DNA from: Selaginella moellendorffii
Lineage: Eukaryota > Plantae > Lycopodiophyta
Assembly (NCBI RefSeq): GCF_000143415.4
Contig: NW_003314352.1
Location: 687,282-751,281 of the forward strand
Direction: 5' to 3'
Length of the DNA: 64,000 nucleotides
The position numbers and the translations under genes are program-made. The notes under the pieces are model-generated. The model did not search any database, had not been told where the DNA came from, and saw nothing but the letters and a program-made list of their open reading frames with translations. Shown here piece after piece: positions 1 through 11,842 of this stretch (positions are counted from its first letter, which is position 1; each line of letters opens with the position of its first letter).

Positions 1-882
1 GCATTGGCGGTGTTTGAGATGCTGGAGAGAATGGAGGAGGAAGATGGCCTGGAGCCAAACGGGGTGACCTTCGTGTCGGTTTTGAGCGCTTGCAGCCATG
101 CCGGTCTGGTCGAGGAGGCGAGGAAGTATTTTGCAGCGATGAGCAACAAGCATGGAATTTCTCCAGGGAGAGAGCACTACGTGTGCATGGTGGATCTGCT
201 GGGCCGCGCAAACCGGTTTGGTGAGGCGGTAAACGTGATCGAATCCATGCCCATGAAGCCGGATGCGATCATCTGGAAGACGCTGCTCGGGGCGTGTCGA
301 AAGTGGAAGAATGTGGCCGTGGGAGAGGTGGCTTTCGAGTCGCTGGTGGGGCTCGACGCGAGCAGCGCTGCGGCGTATGTTCTCATGGCCAACATATACT
401 CGAGCACAGGCAAGCTCGACGAGAGGAGCAAAGTTCTTGCTAGAAGGAATGTGGCCAAGGCTTGGAGGAAGCCGGGCAAAAGCTGGTGGACCGATTCCAG
501 TGCCCGGGTCCATAGCTTTTTGGTCGGGAACACCACTCACGAGCAGATTGGAGAGATCCGTGCCAAGCTCGAGGAATTGGTGGCAAGGATGAAGGAGAAT
601 GGATATGCTGCTGACGTTGAGAGTGTGCTCAAGGATGTGAGCGATGGCGAGAAGGAGGACGCGCTTTGCCAGCACAGCGAGAAGCTTGCAGTCGCTTGTG
701 CGTTGATCAATTCCAAGCCAGGAAGCGTGGTCAGGATTGCAAAGAACTTGAGAGTGTGCCAGGATTGTCACAAAGCCACCGCAATCATCTCCAAGCTGGA
801 GGAGAGGGAGATCGTGTGTAGAGATGCGAGCAGGCTCCATATTTTTAAAGATGGACAATGCTCATGTGGTGATTATTTATAA
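1..882 (+). CDS. PLS-class pentatricopeptide repeat protein, E/E+/DYW C-terminus (organellar C-to-U editing factor); 5' part lies outside the window
   Basis: PPR motifs (PNGVTFVSVLSACSHAGLV, HYVCMVDLLGRA), PG box (KPGKSWW), HSEKLA and CxxCH zinc ligands, C-terminus CSCGDYL; frame is open from base 1. Confidence 0.95.
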   Translation, partial: ALAVFEMLERMEEEDGLEPNGVTFVSVLSACSHAGLVEEARKYFAAMSNKHGISPGREHYVCMVDLLGRANRFGEAVNVIESMPMKPDAIIWKTLLGACRKWKNVAVGEVAFESLVGLDASSAAAYVLMANIYSSTGKLDERSKVLARRNVAKAWRKPGKSWWTDSSARVHSFLVGNTTHEQIGEIRAKLEELVARMKENGYAADVESVLKDVSDGEKEDALCQHSEKLAVACALINSKPGSVVRIAKNLRVCQDCHKATAIISKLEEREIVCRDASRLHIFKDGQCSCGDYL

Positions 883-889
883 GACAAAT

Positions 890-2450
890 AATTAGCTTGT
901 AACAAAAGTGATGAATGAGCAAGTCATGGGCGCGCTCAAAACAATCTCTTGCTATCTCCAGAAAAAGATTACCCCAAATTCTGGGCTCAGTAATAGTCTT
1001 TTCGCAATATCCAGCTCTGAACCACAAGAGCAGTCTGAAATCCCCTGAACACCAAATCGCAATTGGGGATTCTGTCTCCAACTTTTATAATGATGTGGCC
1101 GTAATGGAAGCGGAAGGATTCTTGCTGAGGAGAACCGAATATAACCGCCCGTGATAAAATACTGCTGCAGTAATAATTCATTATGACGAATATCTTCTCT
1201 GCCATGCCAGATAAAGGACGTTCACCATGCCGAGGGCGTTCTGGATCCATGAAAGTAAGGAGCTCAACTCCATTGGAGAGGCAGATTTCCACCATGCGCC
1301 TCAACGGGACTAATCGAATCCAGCTCCAAGAGCTGGAAGGTGCAGAGACTATATCAGCTGGTAAGCGAGAAACTTCCGTCCCAAAGAAGCCAAAAGGGTT
1401 GCCACTCTTGACCAGCATTCGAATATCATTCCTGACGTGACATGGAAGACTGTTTGGCATGCAGATAGCCGCTAAGAGAAATCGACTACCAGTTTTCTCG
1501 CACCATTAGGTACTTCATATACCAAGTTCAGCTCCAGAGCACTTAGCAAATTCTCAGTATTTTTTCCACTGTCAACCTGCGGAGATAACGTAAGCACGTT
1601 GACTTTGTGTGTGCAGTTTCGGTCAATGATGATGAGTTTGTCATACTTCATGGCCAGGAAGTGCAAATCATGGCAGAGTTCAGCGAAGTTCACCTGAAAG
1701 TTGGGAAAAGCCACACGGATTTCTTCCCATTCCTGCCCAGGAAGATCAACCCACCCAAGGAGCTTCCTACCGGTTGATTTTAGTGCGTTGAGGAGTTGTT
1801 CATTTACTTTGCAGCGCCTAGGGACATTCTTGAGCATCTAACTTCAGTGCAATGGCAGAAACAGCGAAGCTACGATCAACCTGACCTCTCTCATATGCCA
1901 TGTTCGCAGAATGCTGAAGATCCCGCTGCACTACTTCCTCAATGTCGCTAGAGGCAAACTGAATCAAGCAAGCCAGACTCTCGCACACACTCGTCTTGCA
2001 CTTCTCCACCAGGGCAACACTTGATTCAAATATAAGGCAATGAGCTGCAAACATCAGTTTGATATTATCAACAGCAAGGTGTCTCTTTCACGTGAGTCAC
2101 ATCAGCCTGTAAGATCTGGTGACCCTTAGGCCACCACGTTCCACCACCTTGACTAGAGAGGATCTCCTGCTTAACAAAGATTTGTATGCAAAATTTTCAA
2201 ATCTTTGCTTTTGGAGGGATGTGTGGCGGAATAGAAATGGCAATGGCGGCCATTGCCCCAAGCAACTTGTTTGGAAGCAGCTTCTTTGGAAGTGGGGTGG
2301 TGACCTCCTACAGTGACCTTCCAATGTAGGAGGAAGATCTTGTCTGCGGCTGGAGCAGTGATTAGTTGGCTGCTTGTGCTGCCGATTTCTCGTACAAGGG
2401 ATTCATCAATCTGGGTGCAAGCCATCAGCAGCAGGAGTGCCTCTGGTGGG
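890..2450 (-). pseudogene. Probable disrupted lineage-specific gene of unknown function
   Basis: Consecutive minus-strand ORF fragments (2171-2425, 1818-2054, 1472-1837, 987-1460) with coding-like composition; no recognisable domain. Confidence 0.35.
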
Positions 2451-2989
2451 CTCTAGAGATTTTCATGAACAGCAACAGCATGGTTCCATAGTCCTCTTCA
2501 ACACCACATCCAATAGTATTTAAGCTTAATGACACTTGACTTTAAAACCTTTTTATTAATAGAATGTTTCCCTTTATATTTAAACCCTAATAAACCTTTT
2601 TTAAGCCATTCTTTTTAATTGCTTATAAATTGTTGAAATCACTGAACCTCCCTCCAGCTTCATTCTTATCTGCTTGCTGCTTAGCACTTCTAAATGGCCT
2701 ATCACCTTGATCCAGTGCCTCAAGCATCCAGCAATCAAGAGGGAATCAAGAAGCTCATCCTCCTCTTTATTGCTGGTGAAGACAACAAACTTCATAGTCC
2801 TATGATCAAAGAGCATGAGGCTTTTGATACCATGAAAACACATGCAAACACACAAGAAGGAACTATCTTGCAAATATGTGAATAGTTACATATAGATGGA
2901 ACTACTGCCATGTGGGCATAACCATTACCACATTATCTCTACTATTTAATAATAGCTTCCAAAGGTAATTATTATGATGCCAAATAATA

Positions 2990-4195
2990 AGACAAAGAGG
3001 GCTAACCTCGCCTAGATTATGTTACATCTTCTCTTGAAATTCCTCACCACCCAACTAAGGTGGGCATTAGGATCAATGAGTTCACAAGACTACATGCTTG
3101 ACTATGACAATGCGAATGTGTTGAGGAGATTTATGTTAGATGACGATGGCAATATCAAGATTTACAGCTTCAGCCCAAAGAATAAAAGTGACTTCCTAGA
3201 GCATCATCAAGGGTGGTTAGAGCAAGTGCATATACAAATCTCATAAGATCTTGATGAAATGCAAGCCACAACATTTTTAACTTGATCCACTTTGATATAT
3301 TTGGCTCCACATAAAGCAAAAAACTCTGGAAGCAAATGCCAAATTGCATTATTAACTCAGATGACCCTTAACAAAAATGATGTAATTCTTAGAAGGCATC
3401 ATCATAATTATCGGGAATCTCATATAAATGCCAAGCATCATCTCAAGCATGATAGGTGGCAATCACTATAAAGTGATCGAACCAACAATATATATTATCT
3501 CCAAGAAGAATAGAAGGAGTTGTATGATATATTGTGAATCAACCAAGTCTAATTGTTCAACTACAACCATGTAACATCAAGCAACTAGAGTCAAAAGAGG
3601 AAGAGGCTACTACTCTGCCATGAAGATGGAAAAAAGAAAAAGAGAAGAAACTAAAAAAACCTATAAAGAAAGTGAGATTTAAATAATATAAAAGTTAAAT
3701 CTAAACCAAAAGCCCAAATCTAAACACTCCTTAGGGACAATCAAAGAGGCCCCTTACCTCTATCAATATGAGTGCATAGAATATGGAAATGAAATTAAAA
3801 AATGTGCATATCAATTAGCCTAAATATCAAGGCTTGTATCAATTTGATGGCTATCAAAATCCCACTATACTAATATTAATATATGGATTATAGCTGTACA
3901 CTTTGGACTTCACAACTTATTATTTTTATATTATCATTTAATTCAAAAACTTAATATTGAATAAACAAACTAAGGGTTAAAGCATATTTATCAAGTTCCA
4001 CATGTCCTCAGGATCTATAGCTTCAGCCCAAAGAACAAGAGTGACTCTTGGAGCATTGTTTGGCAAGTTGTTATGCACAAGTTATGCATAAGCTGTAGAT
4101 CCTGAGGACATGTGGACAAAGACGCTTTAACCCTTAGTTTGTTTATTCAATATTAAGTTTTTGAATTAAATGATAATATAAAAATAATAAGTTAT
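2990..4195 (+). pseudogene. Shattered remnant of an S-domain receptor kinase paralogue
   Basis: 3061-3205 (GSMSSQDYMLDYDNANVLRRFMLDDDGNIKIYS) matches 62341-62470; 4006-4087 matches 62432-62490; 4122-4195 matches the gene end/3' flank at 63640-63710. Confidence 0.8.
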
Positions 4196-5058
4196 GAGGT
4201 CCAAAGTATATAGCTATAATCTATATACTAATATTAACATAGTGGGATTTTGGTAACTATCAGATTGGTTTCAATCCAGACCATTCACTCCTTGATATAA
4301 GCTAGGGTTTTTGGGTTAATTGATATGCACATTTTTAAATTTCATTTCCATATTCCATACACTCATATTAATAGAAGCGAAAGGCATTTTTTATTGTCCT
4401 TGAGGAGTGTTTGGATTTGGGCTTTGGTTTAGATTTAACTTTTATATTGTTTAAATCTTACTTTCCTTATAGCTTTCTTTAGTTTATTCTCTTTCTCTTT
4501 TTTCCATCTTCATGGTAGTGTAGCAGCCTCTTTCTCCTTTGACTCTAGAGTAATAATTAATGTAGTTGCTTGATGTTACATGGTTGTAGTTGAACAATTA
4601 GACTTGGTTGATTTACAACATATCGTACAACTCCTCTTACTCTTCCTGGAGATAATATGTATCGTTGGTTCAATCACTTTATAGTGATTGCCACCTATCA
4701 TTCTTGAGATTATGCTTAGCATCTACATGAGTTTCCCACATGTCTCCAAAGAATGATGTTACAGTGGTACAATGGTTTGAGCATAGTTACTCATGTGGAT
4801 TGGAGCATCCTCTCAGATGCTTTCAAGTGTGCATTTGGACATGCTAATGATTGTGATAATGCCTTCTAAGAATTGCATTATCTTCATCAAGGGTCGTCTA
4901 AGTCAATGATGTAATTTAGCATTTGCCTCCAGAGCTTTTTACTTTATGTGGAGCCAAATATGTTAGAATGGATCAAGTTGGAAATATTGTAGCTTGCACT
5001 TCATTAAAATCTTATGGGATTTGTGTATACACTTGCTCCAACAACCCTTGACAATGCT
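3200..5058. repeat. Long imperfect inverted repeat (arms ~3200-4023 and ~4090-5058, ~66-nt loop)
   Basis: Arms are reverse complements throughout, e.g. tccacatgtcctcaggatctatagctt / aagctgtagatcctgaggacatgtgga; the right arm has an extra ~110 bp. Confidence 0.9.
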
Positions 5059-5524
5059 TTTTGAATAGCATAACTTTATAAGACATCACCTTTCCACTTG
5101 TCACTACATGTCCTTCAGCTTTACTTTTTGGATTCTATTTTGATGGAAGTTGATGCTATTGCTGTTTGTGTTTAAGGACAAGGACGAGGATGTGGTTGTG
5201 TCTATGATATCCATTGTTGCATATGTGATAAGATTGGCCATACGTATTGGCGTTGTCAACATTTTTTAGATTGGCGTCCTCTATTTCATAGATGGAGGCC
5301 TTGGCATCAACAATGTTCTATTAGTCCTGCTATAGTGGAAAGTCCTAGCACAAAGGTTCTTCAAAGAAATGAGGAGTCATAAAAGTATTAGAAGGTCCTT
5401 GTGCGAATAAGTCAGTGACCTCTTCATCTTTCTTTTGGGAGTACCATCAAAGGGTTCCTCAGCATAAATTCATCCAATGCTTGCTTTCTAAGCTCATATT
5501 TATAATAAGAAGTCATCTATTCTT

Positions 5525-6121
5525 TGTAAACACTCCTGAGTTTGGACTTCCCGGGAGGTCACCCAACCCAGTACTATTCAAACCCAAGGACGCTTAACCC
5601 CAAATATCCCAAGACCCTTAACCGATTGGAAAAGGGGGTGCACTCTTATTCATGGGCCCTTTCCCTCTATATTTGAACCCTATGGACCGTCTCTCGAGTC
5701 GTTCCCTTTGGTTGCTTACAATCCACCACGCTTCCCTGCAAGTTCACGCCCTCATGAACGGAAGCTAAGAGCCGCAGCTCTCCTGAGAGCCCCACTCTCT
5801 TGACACCCTACCCCTCGGGTCGAGCCCAGCAGGAGCAAACTGGACCAGCCAGATGTCAATCAACATATGGTGCGATTCCCTTAGCCAACCAACAAAGTCG
5901 GACCCGAGACCCCTCTGATACCAAATGTAAACACTCCTGAGTTTGGACTTCCCGGGAGGTCACCCAACCCAGTACTATTCAAACCCAAGGACGCTTAACC
6001 CCAAATATCCCAAGACCCTTAACCGATTGGAAAAGGGGGTGCACTCTTATTCATGGGCCCTTTCCCTCTATATTTGAACCCTATGGACCGTCTCTCGAGT
6101 CGTTCCCTTTGGTTGCTTACA
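5525..6121 (-). mobile_element. Complete Cassandra-type TRIM (597 bp) with 5S rRNA-like LTRs
   Basis: 196-bp LTRs 5525-5720 and 5926-6121 (TG..CA), identical by eye; TSD ttctt; minus-strand Met-tRNA PBS tggtatcagag (5911-5923) and PPT (5721-5736); LTR contains gttaagcgtccttggg..tagtactgggttgggtgacctcccgggaagtcc, matching the 5S A-box/IE/C-box region. Confidence 0.93.
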
Positions 6122-8279
6122 TTCTTCTCTCTATATTAGTTGATACATACTTAAGCTTATGTTTTATTACTCGGTCTATTGCCATATATTGTTATTTACA
6201 ATTGCGTCATATGGCATAGTCAATCTTCATTCTTTATAGCAATAGATATACACTTGCATGTGCGTAAGATGATGTAGACCTAATTGTGTGTGTGGGTGAT
6301 CTCAAGCTTGAACTTCAATTATTATGGATGGTGTCGAGTTAAACTCTTAACTTCATCCTTAGTATGAATTAGTTGCAACACAATCATACAAAGTATGAGT
6401 TTAAGGCTTCTTCTTTTTGTTTTATACTTTTTTATATTTCTTCCATTTTATTCCACTTTATCCTTCTAGTTCTACCTTTACTTCTATTACTTTTGTTTCC
6501 TCATTACTTTCTATTTATTATTTTTTCATTTTGTTCCTTTGTTCCCTCTCTAGATCCCTTTAACAATCTTTATCTTGCAATGGTTGACCAACTCAAGAAG
6601 GAGTATGCTGATCTTTTTAACTTTGTTTAGGGCCAAGATTGAAAAATGTCATCATATTCCAATTGGGGATAAAGGTTTTTGTTTGGTGTCAGCCACCAAA
6701 GGAGATCAAGATTTTACATGTAAATATTAAAGAGATATTAGAGAAGGGTGTTATCCAAAAGTCTGAAAATCCTTGGGTGTGTGAACTTTATTTTATAACA
6801 AAGCTTAATAAGAGTATTTGCTTTTGCATTGACTATCGTTTGTTAAAGGAGATGACTATCTTGGATGTGTACCCTCTTCCTTATATTACTAATTTCTTAA
6901 ATCATTTAGGGATGGTTTATCAAGTTAGATTTTGTTTTTGGGTACTAAAAAATGCCAATGGCTGAAGAAAATGTTTCCAAGATTGTTTTTTATACACCAT
7001 TTAGTTTGTACAAGTTTTTTGTGATGCCATTCGGTTTGAATAATACTTTAGTCAAGTGATGAACGAGGTTCTCTACGATATGTCAGAAAGACTGTTGACT
7101 TCATTAACAGTATCTTGATCCACTCAAAGGGATATGGGATGAGCACTTCCATGATGGTCGTAAACTATTGGATCGGTTGCGGAAAGTTGATTTAAAGCTG
7201 AAGTGGTTGAAGTGTGTATTTGGGTCTAAGAACACAACTTACTTTAGGTACCATATTTCTTATGAAGGTTTGCAAATTAATCCTAATAAACTTATGGCTT
7301 TTCTAAAATTCTATACTTCGAAGTGTGTGAATGCCACCAACTCAAATGGATAAAAAATTGCAATTGACTCCAACTATCTTTCTATAGCATGAGGGGGAGT
7401 ATTATGAGCTTGGTACCAAACACAATTATGCATATATCAAATATCATTATGTTACATCTCTAGCTAATAGAAAGATTTATACAACTTCTCAATTATACAC
7501 CGATATTCTATATGCCTACTTAGAATAGGAGAGTCATGATAAGCATGGAGAAAGTGTAAAATAAGTATCTAAGGCACCACCAACTATAAATGATTATTAG
7601 GATCAATCCCTATAAAATAAAGAAGGTCATTCTTAAGGCTAAATAAGAATGTAAATGCTAAAATAGCAAGTCATCAACAAGTGATACAGGATTTTCAAAC
7701 CCTTTATAAAACCTTCGGATCCACAATTTAACCTTTTGAGCTTTCCAAACTTTATCAAGAAAAGGTAAATTTTGCATTGCACCTTATAAAAACATTAAAT
7801 ATCATATATAGCAAACATTGATAGGATATAATCCTTGTCTAAAAAATCCACTAATACTAGAACAATAGACTTATCAAGACTAAGATAAGAGAGTGATGAA
7901 GGGAGAATAACTTGAGAAAGGGCATTAACATTAGGTATAGAACTCTTTAAGCGATGAACAACCTTGAAATCATATATTTGAAGCTTCAAGGCCCACTGAG
8001 CAATACCACCAACCAAGTTCTTCCATTTCAATAACAAAGTAATCACAATATAATCACTTTCTAATAATATTTGAGAACCATGAAGCTTCTGAAAACCCTA
8101 AGTGACTATTAAACACTCATGTGGAGTAGTTTCCTTTTGCTGGTTGTAATGTATAGCTAATATATGTTATAAGATGGCACTAACTAGGCATACTTGTGCT
8201 CTTTTGCATCAACACATCTCTGAGATTGATATTAAAAACATTTATATATAAAATGAAAGATTGAGTATAGTCAAGATAT

Positions 8280-8446
8280 TGTAAACAACCAAAAGGAATG
8301 ACTTAAGAGATGATCCATAGCGTTCAAATATAAAGGGAAAGGGCCTATGAATAAGAGTGCACCCCTTTCCTGGGATTAATTATCTTTGGGTTTAAATAAT
8401 ACTAGGTTGGGTGACCTCCCGAGAAGTCTAAATTCAAGGGTTTATA
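8280..8446 (+). mobile_element. Cassandra solo LTR, degenerate
   Basis: Reverse complement of the 5525-5720 LTR with an internal deletion; TSD gatat/gatac. Confidence 0.85.
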
Positions 8447-9549
8447 GATACACTAAAACTAAAGGAATCATTAATAACGCTTTGAGATCTATAAATGCCC
8501 ATTTATAGTCTATAAACCAAATGAAAAATGATGGTGACAACTTAAAAAATGCTCTCAATAGTGTAGCATGATTAGAAAGATGATTAATGAAATTACTAAA
8601 ATATTACACTTTGCCTAAAAAACTTTACACACCATTTGATCTGATTTGGCCTTTTCTATAGTCGATTACTTGCAATAAATATATCATTATTGCCTCTGAC
8701 TACTTGGCTCATTGGGTGGAAGTTGGTTCTTTTGCTATTATTGTTGGGTATTTCATCCTCAATCGAGTGGTATTCCAATATTCTTATTTAGAACTTAAAT
8801 AATAGTCTTGAATTTATAAATTAAGGCATTTTACATTTTAATGTCTTGGCTAGGGATACATCACACTTTTATGAGTGTTTATCATCCACAGACATATAGT
8901 TTTGTGGAATGTTTTGTTCGGACCTTTAAAGGGATGACTGTGAAGTATATGAACTTTCATCATTCAGATTAGGATGGTTATTTGTTGTCTTGCATATATT
9001 ATAAGGGTATAGAGTTCTATTGGTGTTTCACTATATAAACTTTTATATAGTTATTTTTCAATATTACTAACTGAGTTGAGTTTACCTTCATGATTATCAC
9101 GAGCTACTAATGCTAGGTCCTAAGATTAGTATTTAAGGAGCATTATTCTACTTGTTTGAGTAGAGTCTGCTAAACACTTGAACCACGTATAAGTGGGATG
9201 ACAATGGTGTTACAACTCCTATCATTATGCATTTGCAGAGTATATAGTGGATGACTTGGTGTTAGTCCATTTTCCCAATTTTATAGTACGTTGTTTGTCA
9301 AGGGGCTCCTTGCTTAGTGGAAGGGACTATATTGGGTATTGTAGCAAGTTCAACTACAAGTTTATTATGACGTTCAATATAATATTCAACAAGTTAATCC
9401 TCTAGAAATTATATATATGTAATGGCTAAAATACATTGTACAAATGTAGTCAAGAATAACTAGCACCACTTATAGATTTATTGGTACTTCCTTCTAATGT
9501 TCCTCAAGATCCCAGCCCATCAGCCAAAGAACCCTAATTACCTTCCATC

Positions 9550-10990
9550 TATGAGACATAAATCCCTAAACCCCAAAGTGGAGCCAAAAGGGTGCTGTAA
9601 GGAACCAACTCCCCACGGTGTTGTAGGCTAAAAGATCCCCGAAAGCACGACCGAAATGATAAAGAGTTCATCGGATGGGACCGAGTCTGAGATCGAGTCC
9701 AAGACCGACTTTGAGACTGAGTTCCAGATAGAGTCTGGGATTGAGTCTGAGGCCGATTCCGAGACCGAATTCGAGACAGAGTCCGAGATCTGAGATCGGG
9801 TCCGAGACGGAGTCTGAGGTCGAGTCCGAGGTCAAGTCTGAGATCGAGTCCAAGACCGAGTCCAAAGTCGGGTCCAAAATCAAGTCTGAGATCGAGTTCG
9901 AGACCGAGTTCGAGTACTAATACAGGTCGAGGGGTGAAAGCCCAAAGCATGTGTCTCCTAGGGAGGGCGGGGGCTGCAAGGGGTTCGAAAAGTATAGTAG
10001 GGATAGTGAAGTCCAGGAATCAGTCTTGAAGGAACTCTCCAGTGGTGCTTCAAAACTGACTTGCGGTTGAAACTGGGGCTGAGGGGCCTTGGGTAGGAGT
10101 GAGCATGGACTCAAGTGGTGCTAGAGGGGTCACCCAAGGAAGTGCTCAAGAGAAACTCCCACTCCCGGAAGGGAAACCGATTGCGGTGCTCCCGGCTCAT
10201 GTGGAGTGGTGCCCCACTTGAGTACCTTATGGCTCATTGGTCCTTGCCCTTCCTAGGGGCTTGGGTCTTCCCTTTCCCGGGGGGGGGGGGGCGGGGGCGG
10301 GCGGGGGGGTAAAGGTACCCATACCGGGCCGTTAGGCCACGATGTTTTGCCCTGGCATCCCAGAGCAAGTGTTGCATTCAAGGCTTGGGATTTAAAGGGT
10401 CTTATGATCAAGTTTTGTTGTGCCAAGGGAGGTTAAGAACCTAGAGTCTTAGTGTGCTTGGTTGCTTGTGCCTGTGGGGAGTGTAGTTGAACCTTAAGTC
10501 CAGTCTAACCCAGGGAAGGGGATTGGGGGAGATTAGGGAATCCGTGGATGGATGGCTAACACTCTGTTGCTCGTGTAGTAAGTAGTTGAAACCAAATAGG
10601 ACCAAGTAGGAGCTGGTACAATATGTGGGAACCTTGGCGAGGGAACTTAGCTAAAGCCAAGGCAGTGTTTGTCGGATAGACAAAGTAAGCTGGCAAATTG
10701 GAAAGGAAAAATTTGTGGCTTACAGGTGCTATATGGTAGTGGTCGAAATGGAAGTCCAACAAGTATAACATGTTTAGACCAAAAACTCTGACTCTAAAAG
10801 TCAAAAGCGAGGGTGGAATTTCGAACAAAGTGCTCAAGGAATGAGCACAAAAAAATCGGTGAATAAGTATCTAAAAAAGGATACAAGAAGGACTGATGCA
10901 TAGCAAGTGTTGTGATACATAGTCGAGATGGAGTTTGAGATGGAGTTCAAGATGGGGTTCGAGACTAGGACAAGTCCTTTCATTGTGCAG
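9550..10990 (+). mobile_element. Truncated LTR of family B (TGTGAGACAC terminus, as at 43674), interrupted by a family A solo LTR
   Basis: tatgagacataaatccctaaaccccaaagtggagc resembles 43674 and 38630; the sequence resumes at 10725. Confidence 0.7.
9596..10724 (+). mobile_element. Solo LTR family A (1129 bp) with hexamer microsatellite
   Basis: Termini TGTAAGGAACC...GGCTTACA; 5-bp TSD ggtgc (9591-9595/10725-10729); CCGAGT-like hexamer repeats ~9680-9915; homologous to 39210-40353. Confidence 0.9.
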
Positions 10991-11827
10991 ACCAGCTATT
11001 CCATGTGAAATAACTAATCATCCACCCGTACCTTTGTCTGTGGATACTCCACACAAGAAGAAGGACGTACGCATGAATGCCCAATACATATGATTTCAAA
11101 TTTAGGGGTAGGAATATACTTTGCTCAAGGGCATATTATATTTTTAAGTAGCCATTAATCAATAGGAATAAAATCCGTGCCATTTGCTTTGATACCACAT
11201 GTAGCGCACCCTATCTCTCTCCCCTTAAGCCAACTGGAAAAAGGGCAATTGCTTGATAAGAGAGCCTTTAGTGGTTATGTTATCCCCATTCCCAAGGTTC
11301 CAAGGATCTATGGTGACAGTATATCCAAATTTCATTCCATGATCACATGCACTACAGGGGGTTTAGTGAAGTTCAAAAGGATATTAGGACTTCAATAGAA
11401 CTAATTTGGCCAGGAAATGCTAGTGTGACTAATGAAAGCTATTATCAGGAATCCCTCAATTCTTGCCACATTCCTGACTCTCACCGGATTCTTGACTTGC
11501 AAACCACATTCTTGATTCTCGAGACACTTCTCTATTCTTGACTCTCTAGACACTTCCCTATTTTTGACTCTCGATTTCCCATACAATTCCTGAGTCTTGA
11601 GCCACATTCCTAATGATGATGTGGCGCCTCCTCAACCTCAACTATATTTAGGCCGTCCTCAATCCAAGAGTGGTGGAGCTTCATCAACCTATAGTATATA
11701 TAGGTTAGCCTTGTTCCATTTCTCTATGGAAAATGCAAAAGACAAAGAGAAAAGCTAGTGAAAACGAAGAAGAGGCCTTAGACTGGCGTTGATTCAGATT
11801 GTTGATCTTGTTGGGGGTCTTGACAGT

Positions 11828-11842
11828 TTGATTCAAATTGTG
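11828..11842 (+). promoter_or_regulatory. Self-priming (tRNA-independent) primer binding site
   Basis: ttgattcaaattgtg directly after the 5' LTR is the exact 15-nt reverse complement of cacaatttgaatcaa (19452-19466), which lies ~30 nt downstream of the LTR TATA; no tgg-type tRNA PBS present. Confidence 0.8.

Larger units (their letters stand above)
4500..9540 (+). mobile_element. Old degenerate Ty3/Gypsy internal region (gag ~4500-5300, RT ~6640-7330, integrase core ~8600-9100) with an inverted central segment
   Basis: Gag QWYNGL..DWSILSDAFKCAF..ELHYLHQG; RT KGVIQKSENPW..FCIDYR; integrase NKYIIIASDYLAHWVE; RNase H and HHCC finger on the minus strand at ~7405-8600. Confidence 0.8.

Noticed and set aside
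177-592. Alternative ORFs overlapping the PPR gene (similarly 61629-62096 and 62951-63517 over the RLK)
   Set aside because: Shadow frames of GC-rich coding sequence
5540-5600. 5S rRNA gene
   Set aside because: Only the internal promoter portion is present and it lies within TG..CA LTRs, so it is Cassandra, not a 120-nt gene
10279-10309. G-quadruplex-forming poly-G tract
   Set aside because: Much shorter in the sister LTR (39619-39628), so likely homopolymer expansion or a sequencing artefact
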